From Bdellovibrionota bacterium (GTDB taxonomy: Bacteria; Bdellovibrionota_C; UBA2361; JBIKWN01), in NCBI GenBank assembly GCA_044356295.1, contig JBIKWN010000005.1, forward strand, positions 1 to 64,000: 64,000 nucleotides of DNA, written 5' to 3'. Positions 28,385 through 38,817 of this stretch are shown here, piece after piece. The number at the start of each line of letters is the position of its first letter. Position 1 is the stretch's first letter. The notes beneath the pieces are model-generated. The model did no database searches. It saw only the letters and a list, made by a program, of their open reading frames with translations, and was not told the DNA's origin. A program made the position numbers and the translations under genes.

Positions 28385-29566
28385 ATGGAAGAGCAAGGCT
28401 GCCCTCCAGTCAGTAACAGAATAGAGCAGATACTATTGCTAGAACCTTCTGCGCATGAAGTAAAGCATGCGCTCGAAGGTATTGTTGAACAGTTGCCACA
28501 TATCTCACTGACAGAGGTGACAAATTTAGAAAGTTATAAAAAGCAGGTTAGTTCTGCTGATTATGATGTTGTCATTCTTGACTATGATATATCTGGCGAC
28601 CAAGCCATAAATCTTATCCATGAATTAAAGTTGAAAGATTATGAACCAGCTGTATTAATTGTTTCTTCTCATATTGATTCAAAAATATTTACAGAAGTTT
28701 ATAATCAAGGACTCTATCGATACATTATTAAAGACGGAAAATGGCGAGATGAATTAGGTCCAGCGTTAAGGGCATTGCTTCGGATACGGCGATTAGAAAA
28801 CGAAAATAGAACCTTGCTCGCAAAATTAACGGAAGCAAACGCATTGCTCAATGACAAAAATAGAAGGCTCGACGAGTTTAGTGCAACACTTGCTCATGAT
28901 ATTCGTGGTCCTTTGGGTGGTATCTGTATGAAGCTTGAATATATTCTTGATTCATATGGCTCCGGATTTGACCCTAAACTTTTTGGTTTATTGGATAGAG
29001 CTCGAACTGCAAGTGAACGGCTAACATTAATCGTGCAGGCAATGTACGATTTTGCAAAACTCGGTAGAAAAGCTGCCAGAATGGAATCTGTAAATCTTGT
29101 TGAACTCGTACGACATGTTAGTCAGGACCTTTTATTTGATGAAGCGTTAGACATCTCATTGATAATAGATGAAAAATTACCAGTTGTTTGGGGTAATCGA
29201 GAATTATTAACAAGGGTATTTCTAAACTTAATTCAGAATGCAGTGAAATATACCGATAAAGACAAAATCAAAATTGAGGTAGGGCTCTCTTGTATTGAAT
29301 CAAAGACATTAGGCTCTTTTGCACGTATATTCGTGCGTGATAATGGGATTGGTATTCATCAAAAAGTACAGAATGAGATTTTTAATATTTTTTCCCGCGG
29401 CATACAGAATGCGTCTCATAAAAAAGAAGGGCTTGGATTAGGATTATCAGTTGTTCAACGTATTATCGAGCTTCATTTTGGAAAAGTTTGGGTAGAGTCT
29501 GTTGTTGGATTAGGCAGTACGTTTTATATGTTACTTCCAATTGATGAGATTAGTTTTATTCGGTAA
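28385..29566 (+). CDS. Cytoplasmic hybrid histidine kinase (REC-HisKA-HATPase)
   Basis: N-terminal REC (VILDY), H-box AHDIRGPL, NLIQNAVKY, DNGIGI, GLGLGL. Confidence 0.9.
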   Translation: MEEQGCPPVSNRIEQILLLEPSAHEVKHALEGIVEQLPHISLTEVTNLESYKKQVSSADYDVVILDYDISGDQAINLIHELKLKDYEPAVLIVSSHIDSKIFTEVYNQGLYRYIIKDGKWRDELGPALRALLRIRRLENENRTLLAKLTEANALLNDKNRRLDEFSATLAHDIRGPLGGICMKLEYILDSYGSGFDPKLFGLLDRARTASERLTLIVQAMYDFAKLGRKAARMESVNLVELVRHVSQDLLFDEALDISLIIDEKLPVVWGNRELLTRVFLNLIQNAVKYTDKDKIKIEVGLSCIESKTLGSFARIFVRDNGIGIHQKVQNEIFNIFSRGIQNASHKKEGLGLGLSVVQRIIELHFGKVWVESVVGLGSTFYMLLPIDEISFIR

Positions 29567-29570
29567 CTGG

Positions 29571-30716
29571 TTACTGACGTAACTTAAGCAAACAAAGTGT
29601 TTCAACATGTGATGTTAGCGGAAACATATCGAAACATTGTGCTTTTTCTATCACATAGTCGCTTGTCAGTGACATCAAATTATTCACCAATGATTCTGGA
29701 TTACAGCTAGAATAAAGAAGCATTTTTGGCTTTTTAAGAGTTAAAAAATCAATAATATTTTTACTTAGTCCTCGTCGTGGTGGATTAACGATACATGTAT
29801 CGAAGTCGAAATCTGACATTGGATCATGTGCTTCAAGATCCAATGTTTTAAAAGTAAGGTGTGGTATCTTGTTCGCCTGGGCACTCAGACCTGCAGCTTT
29901 TATTGCATCTTCAGTGATATCAATTCCTAGGCTTTTTTTACTGTGCGAGGCTGTAATAAGACTAAATGCTCCTGCACCACAATACAATTCAAGAATAGAA
30001 TTTGTTTCTGTTAACGTCAGCCATTCATTAGCTGTTTGGTAAAGTCTTGAAGCAATGAAAGGGGTAACCTGAAAAAAACTGGTTGGAGATAATGCAACTT
30101 TGATAGAGTTATATTCTTCCCAGATAAATTTTTCTTCTGACAGAAAAATTTCATATTCACCATCAAGTGATGCTTGATGTATAGGTTGAATTGAAAGAGC
30201 AAGAACTTTTAATTCCGGAAAATTCGAAAAAAAATTATTTTTTATTTTTTTAAATTTTTCTTCTAGAGCACGACTTCTGAGGATAATTCTTACCGAAACT
30301 TGGATTTGCGCTTGATTTGATGCAATCACCAAACCCTTTACTTCCCCTTTTTGTGTTTTTAAATTGTAAGGAGCCAAATTTTCCTTGATAACCTGGTTCT
30401 TAAAGAAGAGTAAGAATGCGTTGATAATTGGTACGTGAAGTGGACATTCCTCTAATGACTGTATCGATTCAGATGCATTGAAAAATCCAATACAAGGATC
30501 TTCTACTGAGCCTGAAATAGCAATTTTTGCCTTTGTTCTTGAATAAAACGGATTCGAAAGAATTTCTATTGGGATTAATGAGACTTTTGGATCTACAATC
30601 TGAAGAGATTTCAATACCGCTTGCTCTTTTTGTTTAGCAGCTTGAATATGACCAAGCGGCATCAAGTTGCATGATTGACATTCTTTTCGTTGAAAGTAAT
30701 CACATAAATTATTCAT
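29571..30716 (-). CDS. rlmC: 23S rRNA m5U methyltransferase RlmC-like
   Basis: CxxC Fe-S region, SFFQ, LELYCGAG, VNPPRRG, YSSCNP, FDMFPLTSHVE. Confidence 0.8.
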   Translation of the reverse strand: MNNLCDYFQRKECQSCNLMPLGHIQAAKQKEQAVLKSLQIVDPKVSLIPIEILSNPFYSRTKAKIAISGSVEDPCIGFFNASESIQSLEECPLHVPIINAFLLFFKNQVIKENLAPYNLKTQKGEVKGLVIASNQAQIQVSVRIILRSRALEEKFKKIKNNFFSNFPELKVLALSIQPIHQASLDGEYEIFLSEEKFIWEEYNSIKVALSPTSFFQVTPFIASRLYQTANEWLTLTETNSILELYCGAGAFSLITASHSKKSLGIDITEDAIKAAGLSAQANKIPHLTFKTLDLEAHDPMSDFDFDTCIVNPPRRGLSKNIIDFLTLKKPKMLLYSSCNPESLVNNLMSLTSDYVIEKAQCFDMFPLTSHVETLCLLKLRQ

Positions 30717-31299
30717 CTTGAGCTAAGGACTCGCGAGAAAGAATATCTTTTTGTAATGAACGATTAGGTGGCTCAGTACCGAGCCAAATACGAAGCACTC
30801 CAGTTCCAAAAGTTTTGTCGTTATCATGGGTAAGTAATTGGTTGTTTAGGTTAACACTTATACCAGTTTCGCCGAAAATAATTTCAAGTTCATCATTTTC
30901 GGAAACGGCAGGAAGCATGCTAGAAAGTTCGTTTATTTTTGATAGAAAGTGAGATTCGGGATTGTTATCCATGAAGTTATCAGTAAAAGCCTCTTGGACA
31001 TCATCCTTCGAAACATCTCTAAGAAAATGTATTCTTAAACGCTTTTCAGTATTCATAGCGAGTATTTCATGGGCGTTTTCAGAAGGAATGTGCAAATAAA
31101 GTCCTGCAGCGTAGACTTTGATTTTAAATAAAGTCACTTTCCTATAGCCAATACCATTCAAGAAAAGATCTGAACCTGAAGAATTTTTGATTACTTTTGG
31201 GAATGAGACTCCATCCTCAGTGATAATAGACTGAGCAAAGCAGATATTAGTAATAAATAATTGTGAGAGTAACGCAACAAGGAAGGGTTTTAGCCACAT
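30709..31299 (-). CDS. Chalcone-isomerase-like secreted protein
   Basis: Signal peptide, LNGIGYR..KVYAAGLY, IWLG..P. Confidence 0.8.
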   Translation of the reverse strand: MWLKPFLVALLSQLFITNICFAQSIITEDGVSFPKVIKNSSGSDLFLNGIGYRKVTLFKIKVYAAGLYLHIPSENAHEILAMNTEKRLRIHFLRDVSKDDVQEAFTDNFMDNNPESHFLSKINELSSMLPAVSENDELEIIFGETGISVNLNNQLLTHDNDKTFGTGVLRIWLGTEPPNRSLQKDILSRESLAQDE

Positions 31300-31344
31300 A
31301 TTGCTATAGTATGAAAGGGAATGCCTTGCATGCAAGGTTGAAAA

Positions 31345-32112
31345 CTAAGAAAGATTACTTTCCATTTTACTTATAAAACAAGGTAAATCTGCAAATGATT
31401 CAAGAACAGCATCAGCTCCCGCTTCAATGAGATCTTGAAATGTTGCTAGACCGGTTACAACTCCAACGACATACATTCCAATTCTTTTTGCAGATTTTAC
31501 ATCATCAACACTGTCACCAATGACGAGACATTCTTTTGGATAAACCCAGAGGGTAGAGCTTGCCTGCTGAAAAAGAAATTCTTTATAAGCGCCATTTGAG
31601 TATGGATCTTGTCTAAAAATTGTTGCATCAAGTTTACTTAATAAAAATGTTTGCGATAAATGCTCAAAGAGTACGGGACTATGTTCACGAGCACAGCAAA
31701 GTGCTATCAGGAGTCCACTAGATCTAAGTTGATCGATCGCAGGATCTATATTAGATAGAAGTGGATTTAGCTCTTCTCGAAGTTGCCCAAGCTTTTGATA
31801 ACATACATGATGAAAATATTCACGATTACATGATTGACCGTTTTTGCTAATAAAATAGTCGTTAACAGCTTGAAAAAGATCTTCAATTCTTTTAATTAAA
31901 TGATTGTCAGGAATTATATTTGAAGGACAACCAAAGAATGTAGCTATTTTTTTTGCATATCTATTGAAATCTTTATGATCCGGTTCAATGAGTGTCCCAT
32001 CTAGATCGGTAAGTATGGCCTTAAGGTTTTTTGGAAAAAGAGTTTGAGTAATAGGCACTGAAAATGAGAGTTGGTTGAAGAGGGAGTTACCTAAGACTGC
32101 TGTGACTGTCAT
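31345..32112 (-). CDS. HAD-superfamily hydrolase (phosphoglycolate phosphatase-like)
   Basis: DLDGTL, VIGDSVDDV..A..GM, GV.TG, AGAD. Confidence 0.8.
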   Translation of the reverse strand: MTVTAVLGNSLFNQLSFSVPITQTLFPKNLKAILTDLDGTLIEPDHKDFNRYAKKIATFFGCPSNIIPDNHLIKRIEDLFQAVNDYFISKNGQSCNREYFHHVCYQKLGQLREELNPLLSNIDPAIDQLRSSGLLIALCCAREHSPVLFEHLSQTFLLSKLDATIFRQDPYSNGAYKEFLFQQASSTLWVYPKECLVIGDSVDDVKSAKRIGMYVVGVVTGLATFQDLIEAGADAVLESFADLPCFISKMESNLS

Positions 32113-32171
32113 TACAAGAGGTAATATCTCAAATATCGCACCTCTAACCTAGAAATTTTACTCGTGCGTTA

Positions 32172-32612
32172 TCAAGAACATTTTTGACAGATCCCAAAGA
32201 ACTCTAATATATGACCAGTAATTTTGAATTTATGTTTTTTTTGTATACTTTTTTCTAAAGAATCAAGATCATTTGGCATCTCAACACATTGAATATATTG
32301 GCATTTTACGCAGACCAGATGGTGGTGATGATGATTTGGATCTGTTAGTTCATATCTTTTTTGACCTTCAAGAAGATCGATCTCGTTAACAACTGATTGT
32401 TCTTTTAAAAACTGTAATTCTCGGTAGACAGTAGTTTTGTTAACGTCTCTTCCATGTTTTTTTAACATCAAGATTAGATCACTTGCAGCAACCGGAGACG
32501 TAACCTTAGAAAGATGGGTAACGATAAGAGTTCTGGTTTTTGTTGTTCGATGACCATTCTGCTTCAATGTTTCTAAAAGCGTTTTAGCTTCTAATTGATT
32601 ATTCTTATTCAT
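32172..32612 (-). CDS. Fur-family transcriptional regulator (Zur/Fur)
   Basis: TTVYREL, HHHHHLVCVKC, GICQKC. Confidence 0.9.
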   Translation of the reverse strand: MNKNNQLEAKTLLETLKQNGHRTTKTRTLIVTHLSKVTSPVAASDLILMLKKHGRDVNKTTVYRELQFLKEQSVVNEIDLLEGQKRYELTDPNHHHHHLVCVKCQYIQCVEMPNDLDSLEKSIQKKHKFKITGHILEFFGICQKCS

Positions 32613-34189
32613 AAAGATTCAATAATAGTGGGGACGTTGAGCTGCTCATGAAGTTCTGGAAAATCAAGGGTAAAATGTAATCCTCTACTTTCTTTTCTTT
32701 TGAGTGCACTTTCAATAATTAATTTTGCGACAAGAGTTAAGTTTCTCAGTTCAAGTAGATCAGGAGTGATTTTAAAATCCCAATAGTAGCTTTCAATTTC
32801 TTGAGCCATTAACTGTACTCGATGTTTTGCACGTTCCAATCGTTTGGTAGTTCGAACAATTCCAACATAGTTCCACATAGCCCGACGTATCTCATCCCAA
32901 TTTTGTGAAATAACAACTTGTTCATCACTATTGGTCGCTTCACCACTGTTCCAAGCTGGAATATCTTCTCGTATTACCATAGAAGTGCAGTTTTTGACGG
33001 CATGTATTGCTGCTCGTTTTCCAAATACTAATCCTTCTAATAATGAGTTTGAAGCAAGTCGATTAGCTCCGTGAAGCCCTGTATAGGCGGCTTCTCCTGC
33101 AACATAGAGTCCTTCGATAGTAGTAGCACCGTGTTCATCAGTAACAACGCCACCACAACAGTAGTGGGCAGCAGGAACAACTGGTATGGGAGTAGTCGCG
33201 ATATCAATTCCAAATGAAAGGCACCGTTCATACACAGTTGGAAAATGCTCTTTCAGATATGAAGCAGGCTTATGTGTAACATCGAGAAGGACATAGTCTT
33301 CTCCATGTGTTTTCATTTCATTATCAATAGCTCGAGCAACAATATCCCTTGGAGCAAGCTCTTTAAGGGAATGATACTTACTCATAAACGCTTCACCGTT
33401 TATTCTCTTGAGGATACCACCTTCACCGCGAAGAGCTTCAGTGATAAGAAATGATTTAGCCTGAGGATGATATAAACATGTTGGATGAAATTGGAAAAAT
33501 TCTAGGTTAGCAACCGAGACACCAGCGCGAAAACACATTGCGATACCATCACCTGTAGCAACATCAGGATTTGAAGTATAAAGATATACTTTTCCAGCTC
33601 CACCTGTTGCAACACATGTTTTTTTTGCAAAAATACTTTTGACAGTTCCTTTTTCATCTAATACATAGGCACCGTAACAAGTGTCTACAGGAGCAGATCT
33701 ATCAATCTGCTCTCGAGTTGTTAAAAGGTCTACAGCAAAATGATTTTCAAGAAATGTAATATTTGAATTTTGTTTTGCTGTATCAAGGAGGGTTTTAAGG
33801 ATAATCCATCCGGTAGCGTCACCTGCATGAAAAATTCTTCTTCGAGAGTGTCCTCCTTCTTGGTGGAGGTGATACTTCCCATTTTCTTTATCAAAGATTG
33901 CACCAAGTTTTATTAGCTCATCAACTCGGTCGATACCTTCATTCACTACTATTTCAACAATTTTCTTGTCGCTCAGATTTGCACCTGCAGTGATGGTGTC
34001 TTGAATGTGTAGTTCTGAACTATCGTCTGCCTCAGTTACTGCAGCAATGCCTCCCTGTGCCCAAGAAGTGGATGTCGTGGTGAGTTCTTTCTTTGAAACA
34101 ACTAAAACTTTACCATGCTTTGCTGCCTCAAGAGCAAAGGTAAGCCCTGCAATTCCAGAACCAAGAACGAGGAAGTCAGTTTTAATCAT
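32609..34189 (-). CDS. nadB: L-aspartate oxidase
   Basis: GSGIAGL, WAQGGIA, EGGHSRRRI, QFHPT, ELAPRDIVAR, GLHGANRLASNSL. Confidence 0.95.
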   Translation of the reverse strand: MIKTDFLVLGSGIAGLTFALEAAKHGKVLVVSKKELTTTSTSWAQGGIAAVTEADDSSELHIQDTITAGANLSDKKIVEIVVNEGIDRVDELIKLGAIFDKENGKYHLHQEGGHSRRRIFHAGDATGWIILKTLLDTAKQNSNITFLENHFAVDLLTTREQIDRSAPVDTCYGAYVLDEKGTVKSIFAKKTCVATGGAGKVYLYTSNPDVATGDGIAMCFRAGVSVANLEFFQFHPTCLYHPQAKSFLITEALRGEGGILKRINGEAFMSKYHSLKELAPRDIVARAIDNEMKTHGEDYVLLDVTHKPASYLKEHFPTVYERCLSFGIDIATTPIPVVPAAHYCCGGVVTDEHGATTIEGLYVAGEAAYTGLHGANRLASNSLLEGLVFGKRAAIHAVKNCTSMVIREDIPAWNSGEATNSDEQVVISQNWDEIRRAMWNYVGIVRTTKRLERAKHRVQLMAQEIESYYWDFKITPDLLELRNLTLVAKLIIESALKRKESRGLHFTLDFPELHEQLNVPTIIESL

Positions 34190-34342
34190 TGGAAGATACT
34201 ATCATTGAAACCTACCTTTTGCAGCTATATCCGAGGCTTTGTATCAAGAGTTTGTTGATTTCAGGATGAGTCCTTGCAACCAGTTAATGGAAGTCTAATA
34301 CTTAGGACTCTATTCCCTGACAAGTAGGTTATATTAAATAAA

Positions 34343-35392
34343 ATGAGTAACAGTTCACAAGAATTTTACATGAGAAAAGCCCTTTCTCTTGCAGAGCAGG
34401 GATTTCCTAAGACCCGCCCAAACCCTATGGTTGGAGCAGTATTAGTTTCTAAAGATCAAGAAATCATAGGTGAAGGGTTTCACAGAGCTTATGGTGAACC
34501 ACATGCCGAAGTTGTATGCCTAAATGATGCTCAACTAAAAGGAGCATCGGCAGATGTTATAGCTTCTTCAACACTCTATGTAACGTTAGAGCCTTGTGCT
34601 CATTCAGGAAAGACGCCACCGTGTATTGATACTATTATTTCTCATAACATAAAAAAAATTGTTGTGAGTACTCTAGATCCGAATCCATTAGTAAATGGAG
34701 AAGGGATTGCTGCCCTTCAACGTGCGGGTATTGAAGTAATTACAGGTGTATTAGAGAAAGAATCACAGTTACTCAATAAACGTTTCTTTTGTTTCCATCA
34801 AAAGAAACGTCCCTATGTTATTTTGAAATGGGCTCAAACCATCGATGGTTTTATTGCTCAGGAAGACGGGACCTCAAAATGGATCTCTGGTGAATCAGCA
34901 CGAGGGCTTGTCCATAAATGGCGAGATGAAGAGATGGCAATCATGATCGGGACGATGACTGCAATCTTGGACAATCCATTTTTAACTTCAAGATTAGTTG
35001 GTGGAAGAAATCCTGTGCGGATTATTCTAGATAGAGAATTAAAAATCCCAACAAGTTTTAATGTTTTTGATGAGTCTGCAAAAACGATACTTTTTAATGA
35101 GCTTGAGGATTATAACTACGGAGCAGCAGAGCTAGTTAAAATCCCTTTTGACGCGGATCTTTTGCCTCACATTTTAGATATTCTTTATCAACGAGGATTA
35201 CAGTCATTGATTGTTGAAGGGGGAAGTAAGCTATTGCATTCATTTATTGATCTGAAGCTATGGGATGAAGCCCGTATCGTTGTAAATGAAAAAAAATTTC
35301 TTAAAGGTATTCCTGCACCAAAAATGACGCTTCCTCATGAGCCTACGATGAGCTTTCTACATGATAAGGATAAGCTCTATATTATTTCATAA
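34343..35392 (+). CDS. ribD: Bifunctional riboflavin deaminase/reductase
   Basis: PNPMVG, HAE, TLEPCAHSGKTPPC, K.AQTIDG, VEGG. Confidence 0.95.
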   Translation: MSNSSQEFYMRKALSLAEQGFPKTRPNPMVGAVLVSKDQEIIGEGFHRAYGEPHAEVVCLNDAQLKGASADVIASSTLYVTLEPCAHSGKTPPCIDTIISHNIKKIVVSTLDPNPLVNGEGIAALQRAGIEVITGVLEKESQLLNKRFFCFHQKKRPYVILKWAQTIDGFIAQEDGTSKWISGESARGLVHKWRDEEMAIMIGTMTAILDNPFLTSRLVGGRNPVRIILDRELKIPTSFNVFDESAKTILFNELEDYNYGAAELVKIPFDADLLPHILDILYQRGLQSLIVEGGSKLLHSFIDLKLWDEARIVVNEKKFLKGIPAPKMTLPHEPTMSFLHDKDKLYIIS

Positions 35393-35413
35393 TCTCTATG
35401 TACTGATTGATTC

Positions 35414-36586
35414 ATGAACATTATCAGAATTATCTACCTATTGTTTTACGGTATTATTGGATGCCACTTGCCATATTATCCGCTTTATTTATCCTCGATT
35501 GGATATTCTACTTCTGAAATTGGATTTTTTGTTGGTTTGCAAGGCATATCAGTTTTAGTAATGCCACTTATCTCTGGATTCTTTTCTGATACTTTTAAGG
35601 GAGCTGCACTTTTTCAAAAAAGATTATTTGCATTTGGATGTTTTGTTTTTCTAACGAGTATTGCATTCGTTGAATCCTTCTTATTGCTCAGTATTTTCTC
35701 ATTTTTACTTGGCATTTGTATGAATCCGCTTTTTAGCCTGATAGATACCTGGGTGATGCAAAGAATGAAATACCATGAGTTTGAAATGGATCGATTTGCG
35801 TCTTGTCGTGTCTGGGGCAGTATCGGATTTATTGTTCCCACTGCAATTTTTTGGTTACTGAGTTTTTATTATCAACTTAATTATCAACTGCTTTTATTAA
35901 TGGGCTCCGCTTTTGCTTTATGCCTTTTCTTATTTTTGTTAAATAATAAATTAAATTTCCCGATCAATGCCATAGAGGAGACCTCAGTACTAAAGAGAAA
36001 TCCTCTTCGACTTGCTCTTACTGCTTATACACATAAAGAACATCGACCTGTTTTCTTTGCGACATTTTGTATTGCAGCAGCAATGGGGGTGTATTATTCG
36101 ATGTTTTCTTTGTTGTTGCAGTCGCTACATCTTACTCCAGTTGCGATAGGAATAATGTACAATCTAGGTGTTGTTGCAGAAGTCTGTTTTCTTTTTATTA
36201 TCCCTCGTTTTAGTCAAAGAATTTCATTAACTCAAGGTATTACCATTGCAGCAATTGCAACATTTTTGCGGTTTCTGATCTTATCTTCTACTGAAGCAGT
36301 AGATGTTATAGCGATATCACAAATAACTCATGGCTTTATCATCTGGGGAATTGCAGTGCTTGCTAGTATGTATATTAGTTCGATAGCAAAAGATGAAAAT
36401 AGATACTCATTGTTTTCTTTGTATCAAATGATGCAAGGGGGAGTTGCTCGAGTTGTTGGAGCTTTCTTGGTGCCTTGGCTTGTGGGTCTTTTTGTGACCG
36501 ATCCTCATGCAGTACTGCATTATTCTATGCTAGTTGCCAGTTTGATTGCTTTGTTGGGTTTTGCCGCATTGCAGGCAAAAACTTAG
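35414..36586 (+). CDS. MFS transporter (HcaT/nucleoside-permease-like)
   Basis: About 12 hydrophobic segments; RVWGSIGF and GVVAEV motifs. Confidence 0.85.
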   Translation: MNIIRIIYLLFYGIIGCHLPYYPLYLSSIGYSTSEIGFFVGLQGISVLVMPLISGFFSDTFKGAALFQKRLFAFGCFVFLTSIAFVESFLLLSIFSFLLGICMNPLFSLIDTWVMQRMKYHEFEMDRFASCRVWGSIGFIVPTAIFWLLSFYYQLNYQLLLLMGSAFALCLFLFLLNNKLNFPINAIEETSVLKRNPLRLALTAYTHKEHRPVFFATFCIAAAMGVYYSMFSLLLQSLHLTPVAIGIMYNLGVVAEVCFLFIIPRFSQRISLTQGITIAAIATFLRFLILSSTEAVDVIAISQITHGFIIWGIAVLASMYISSIAKDENRYSLFSLYQMMQGGVARVVGAFLVPWLVGLFVTDPHAVLHYSMLVASLIALLGFAALQAKT

Positions 36587-36652
36587 AAATTTTATAGAAA
36601 TAATATACTTTATTGAAATATCTTAGGTTGTACGATCAAGATATTATAAACC

Positions 36653-37738
36653 TTGATGGAATTTGATGGACGAAGTGAATTTGATAATTCTTTGGGCAAA
36701 GAATCCCTTCGTGTACCTATAACATATAATTTTCCTAAAATAGCACGCGCCTCTTTCATGGTGGAGGAAGTTCACGAGTCATGCGAAAAAATAAAAACAT
36801 TAATTCTTGATCGAGAGATACCGTATTTCCTAGCATCTTTAAAGAAAGTTTCCCCTGATTTAGCAAAAACCTATGAATCGCTTTGTATCGATAGGCAAGG
36901 CGGGATCAATCCTATACCTCGTATTGAAGAGTTTACGAAAATTATTTATGAACCTTTAAAAAGAATCTTACTTTCAGGAGAAGATTGTGAAGATAAACAG
37001 CGATGTACATTTTCGCTACATCGATTTTTTGAACTTCAAAGAGTTTATTCACAGTTTTTGAGAAAAGGTCCATTGGTTACTTTGTATCAAACAGCCAAAC
37101 GATCACGAGAGCTTATTGATCGTTCGCCGCCTAACTTGCCTTATGATGAATTCAAATTGAAAGGGCAACGATCTGTTTATTTACATAAAAATTGGTTTAG
37201 CACTGAGATATTTGTACCAATTGCAAAAAAAGCTCTAGCCTTTCAAAAATACTCCCCCCAGCAGCTTCAAGAGTTACTTTTTGCCGACAGTCTGGAATCA
37301 GAATTAGATATTGAATTAAGAAAAGCTTCAATTACAGGAATAAGAGGAGTCCTCGGTGGAGGACATTTCGATACACGCTTATCTCAATTATCAAAATTAC
37401 CTGGAATAGATGCAAAATCTGGAAATACTTATATTGTTTGTTCTGATAAGTATACAAAAGCAATGGTTCGTAGCTATCTTGATTCCATAAATCCGAACGG
37501 AGTTATTACCTTAGTGAGTAGTGCCGACGAGCAAAGAGCTGAGCTTACGGATGAAAAGATATTTAGTAAAAAATCTAATCTTATATTCTTTGGTGTTGGT
37601 CCTTTGACTATTCCGTTGTTTGAGAGGATTGCTCAGAGTGACACTGCTAAAGAAAAACCTAGAATTACATTTCTTTGTTTTAGTAATTCTCCTGATGCTT
37701 GGACACTGAAAGAGAAATTAGGCGTTATTCCGTTTTAA
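36653..37738 (+). CDS. Hypothetical protein
   Basis: 361-aa ORF, no recognisable motif. Confidence 0.6.
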   Translation: MMEFDGRSEFDNSLGKESLRVPITYNFPKIARASFMVEEVHESCEKIKTLILDREIPYFLASLKKVSPDLAKTYESLCIDRQGGINPIPRIEEFTKIIYEPLKRILLSGEDCEDKQRCTFSLHRFFELQRVYSQFLRKGPLVTLYQTAKRSRELIDRSPPNLPYDEFKLKGQRSVYLHKNWFSTEIFVPIAKKALAFQKYSPQQLQELLFADSLESELDIELRKASITGIRGVLGGGHFDTRLSQLSKLPGIDAKSGNTYIVCSDKYTKAMVRSYLDSINPNGVITLVSSADEQRAELTDEKIFSKKSNLIFFGVGPLTIPLFERIAQSDTAKEKPRITFLCFSNSPDAWTLKEKLGVIPF

Positions 37739-38777
37739 GAAAATATATACCTGCTTGACCAAATCCTGCTGTCATTGGGAATTCTTGTGGGAATTTCATC
37801 ATCAACGAACTCTCAAGGACTGCGGCAATAGAAGGTTTTATTTTACCAAGTCCTTCAAGTGAAGCTCTAAAATGGAAATCAAGTTCTTCTGCACTCATAA
37901 TGAATATCTTTCCATGTTCAGGATCAGTTTTTTCGTGTCTACGAGTTGTGCTTATTATTGTAGAGCTGTTCTCGCCAGCAGTAGAGAGGGGCAATCCCAT
38001 TCTTCGAGCATAGAGTTGAGAAATAAGTGCAATTTCAAATCCAATAGCAGTTTGATCCTGTGCAAATTCATTTGGAATTCCTAATACAATACCTTGTTGT
38101 AAGTCTGATTCATCAGCGGATTGAAGAACACGCAGTGCTCTTTTACCCCATACAGAAAGCCCTGAATGTTCTTCGAGGGGCTGATCTTCAACAATTTTAG
38201 CAGAGTAATGAATGATTAACTCACCACATAATTTTTCCAACTCAGGTTTTCCGAATCTTGAACCCTTATTTTCACGTTGAGTTCTAATCTTTTTGAATTC
38301 TCTATATCCTTGTGATTCATTTGAGCCATTCGAAACAGGTGTAAGAAGATCGCAAAGTGAATCACTAAGAACGCTACGAAATGCACCAGCTATCCCAACT
38401 GTCATCAAAGCCCCAGCACAAGCAGAATCTTCTTGAATAAGATTTCTAAGTGCAACTTGATAGGCAGCCATTGGTGAATTATGACGTCTGGCAATTTCAC
38501 CTAAGACCCTTTTGGCTGCTTTTTTAACGAGATCGGGAATATTTTGATTATCAATCTTAGATTTTAGTGAAGAAATATCATTTTCAAATTTTTTGTTCAC
38601 TGAAGTATCAACAGAGGATCCTTTCCAAAACAGTAATCCTGCATCCCCATCCCCAGTATCTACGGTGACTGGGTCAAAGCCATTTTTAACGAGTCTTGAA
38701 TCAAGATCTTTTTCAACCTCAAAAGGTCTTTCTGACTGCGAAAAGCCGGTATAATGTATTGATGTAAGATTACGCAT
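37725..38777 (-). CDS. Hypothetical protein
   Basis: 350-aa ORF, no recognisable motif. Confidence 0.6.
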   Translation of the reverse strand: MRNLTSIHYTGFSQSERPFEVEKDLDSRLVKNGFDPVTVDTGDGDAGLLFWKGSSVDTSVNKKFENDISSLKSKIDNQNIPDLVKKAAKRVLGEIARRHNSPMAAYQVALRNLIQEDSACAGALMTVGIAGAFRSVLSDSLCDLLTPVSNGSNESQGYREFKKIRTQRENKGSRFGKPELEKLCGELIIHYSAKIVEDQPLEEHSGLSVWGKRALRVLQSADESDLQQGIVLGIPNEFAQDQTAIGFEIALISQLYARRMGLPLSTAGENSSTIISTTRRHEKTDPEHGKIFIMSAEELDFHFRASLEGLGKIKPSIAAVLESSLMMKFPQEFPMTAGFGQAGIYFLKTE

Positions 38778-38817
38778 GATATTTAAGACGTTATGGCACT
38801 AAAAAAAGAAGTGTAAC

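Noticed and set aside
31324..31337. 14-bp palindrome CCTTGCATGCAAGG
   Set aside because: Single copy with no loop or U-tract and no matching site elsewhere; not distinguishable from chance.
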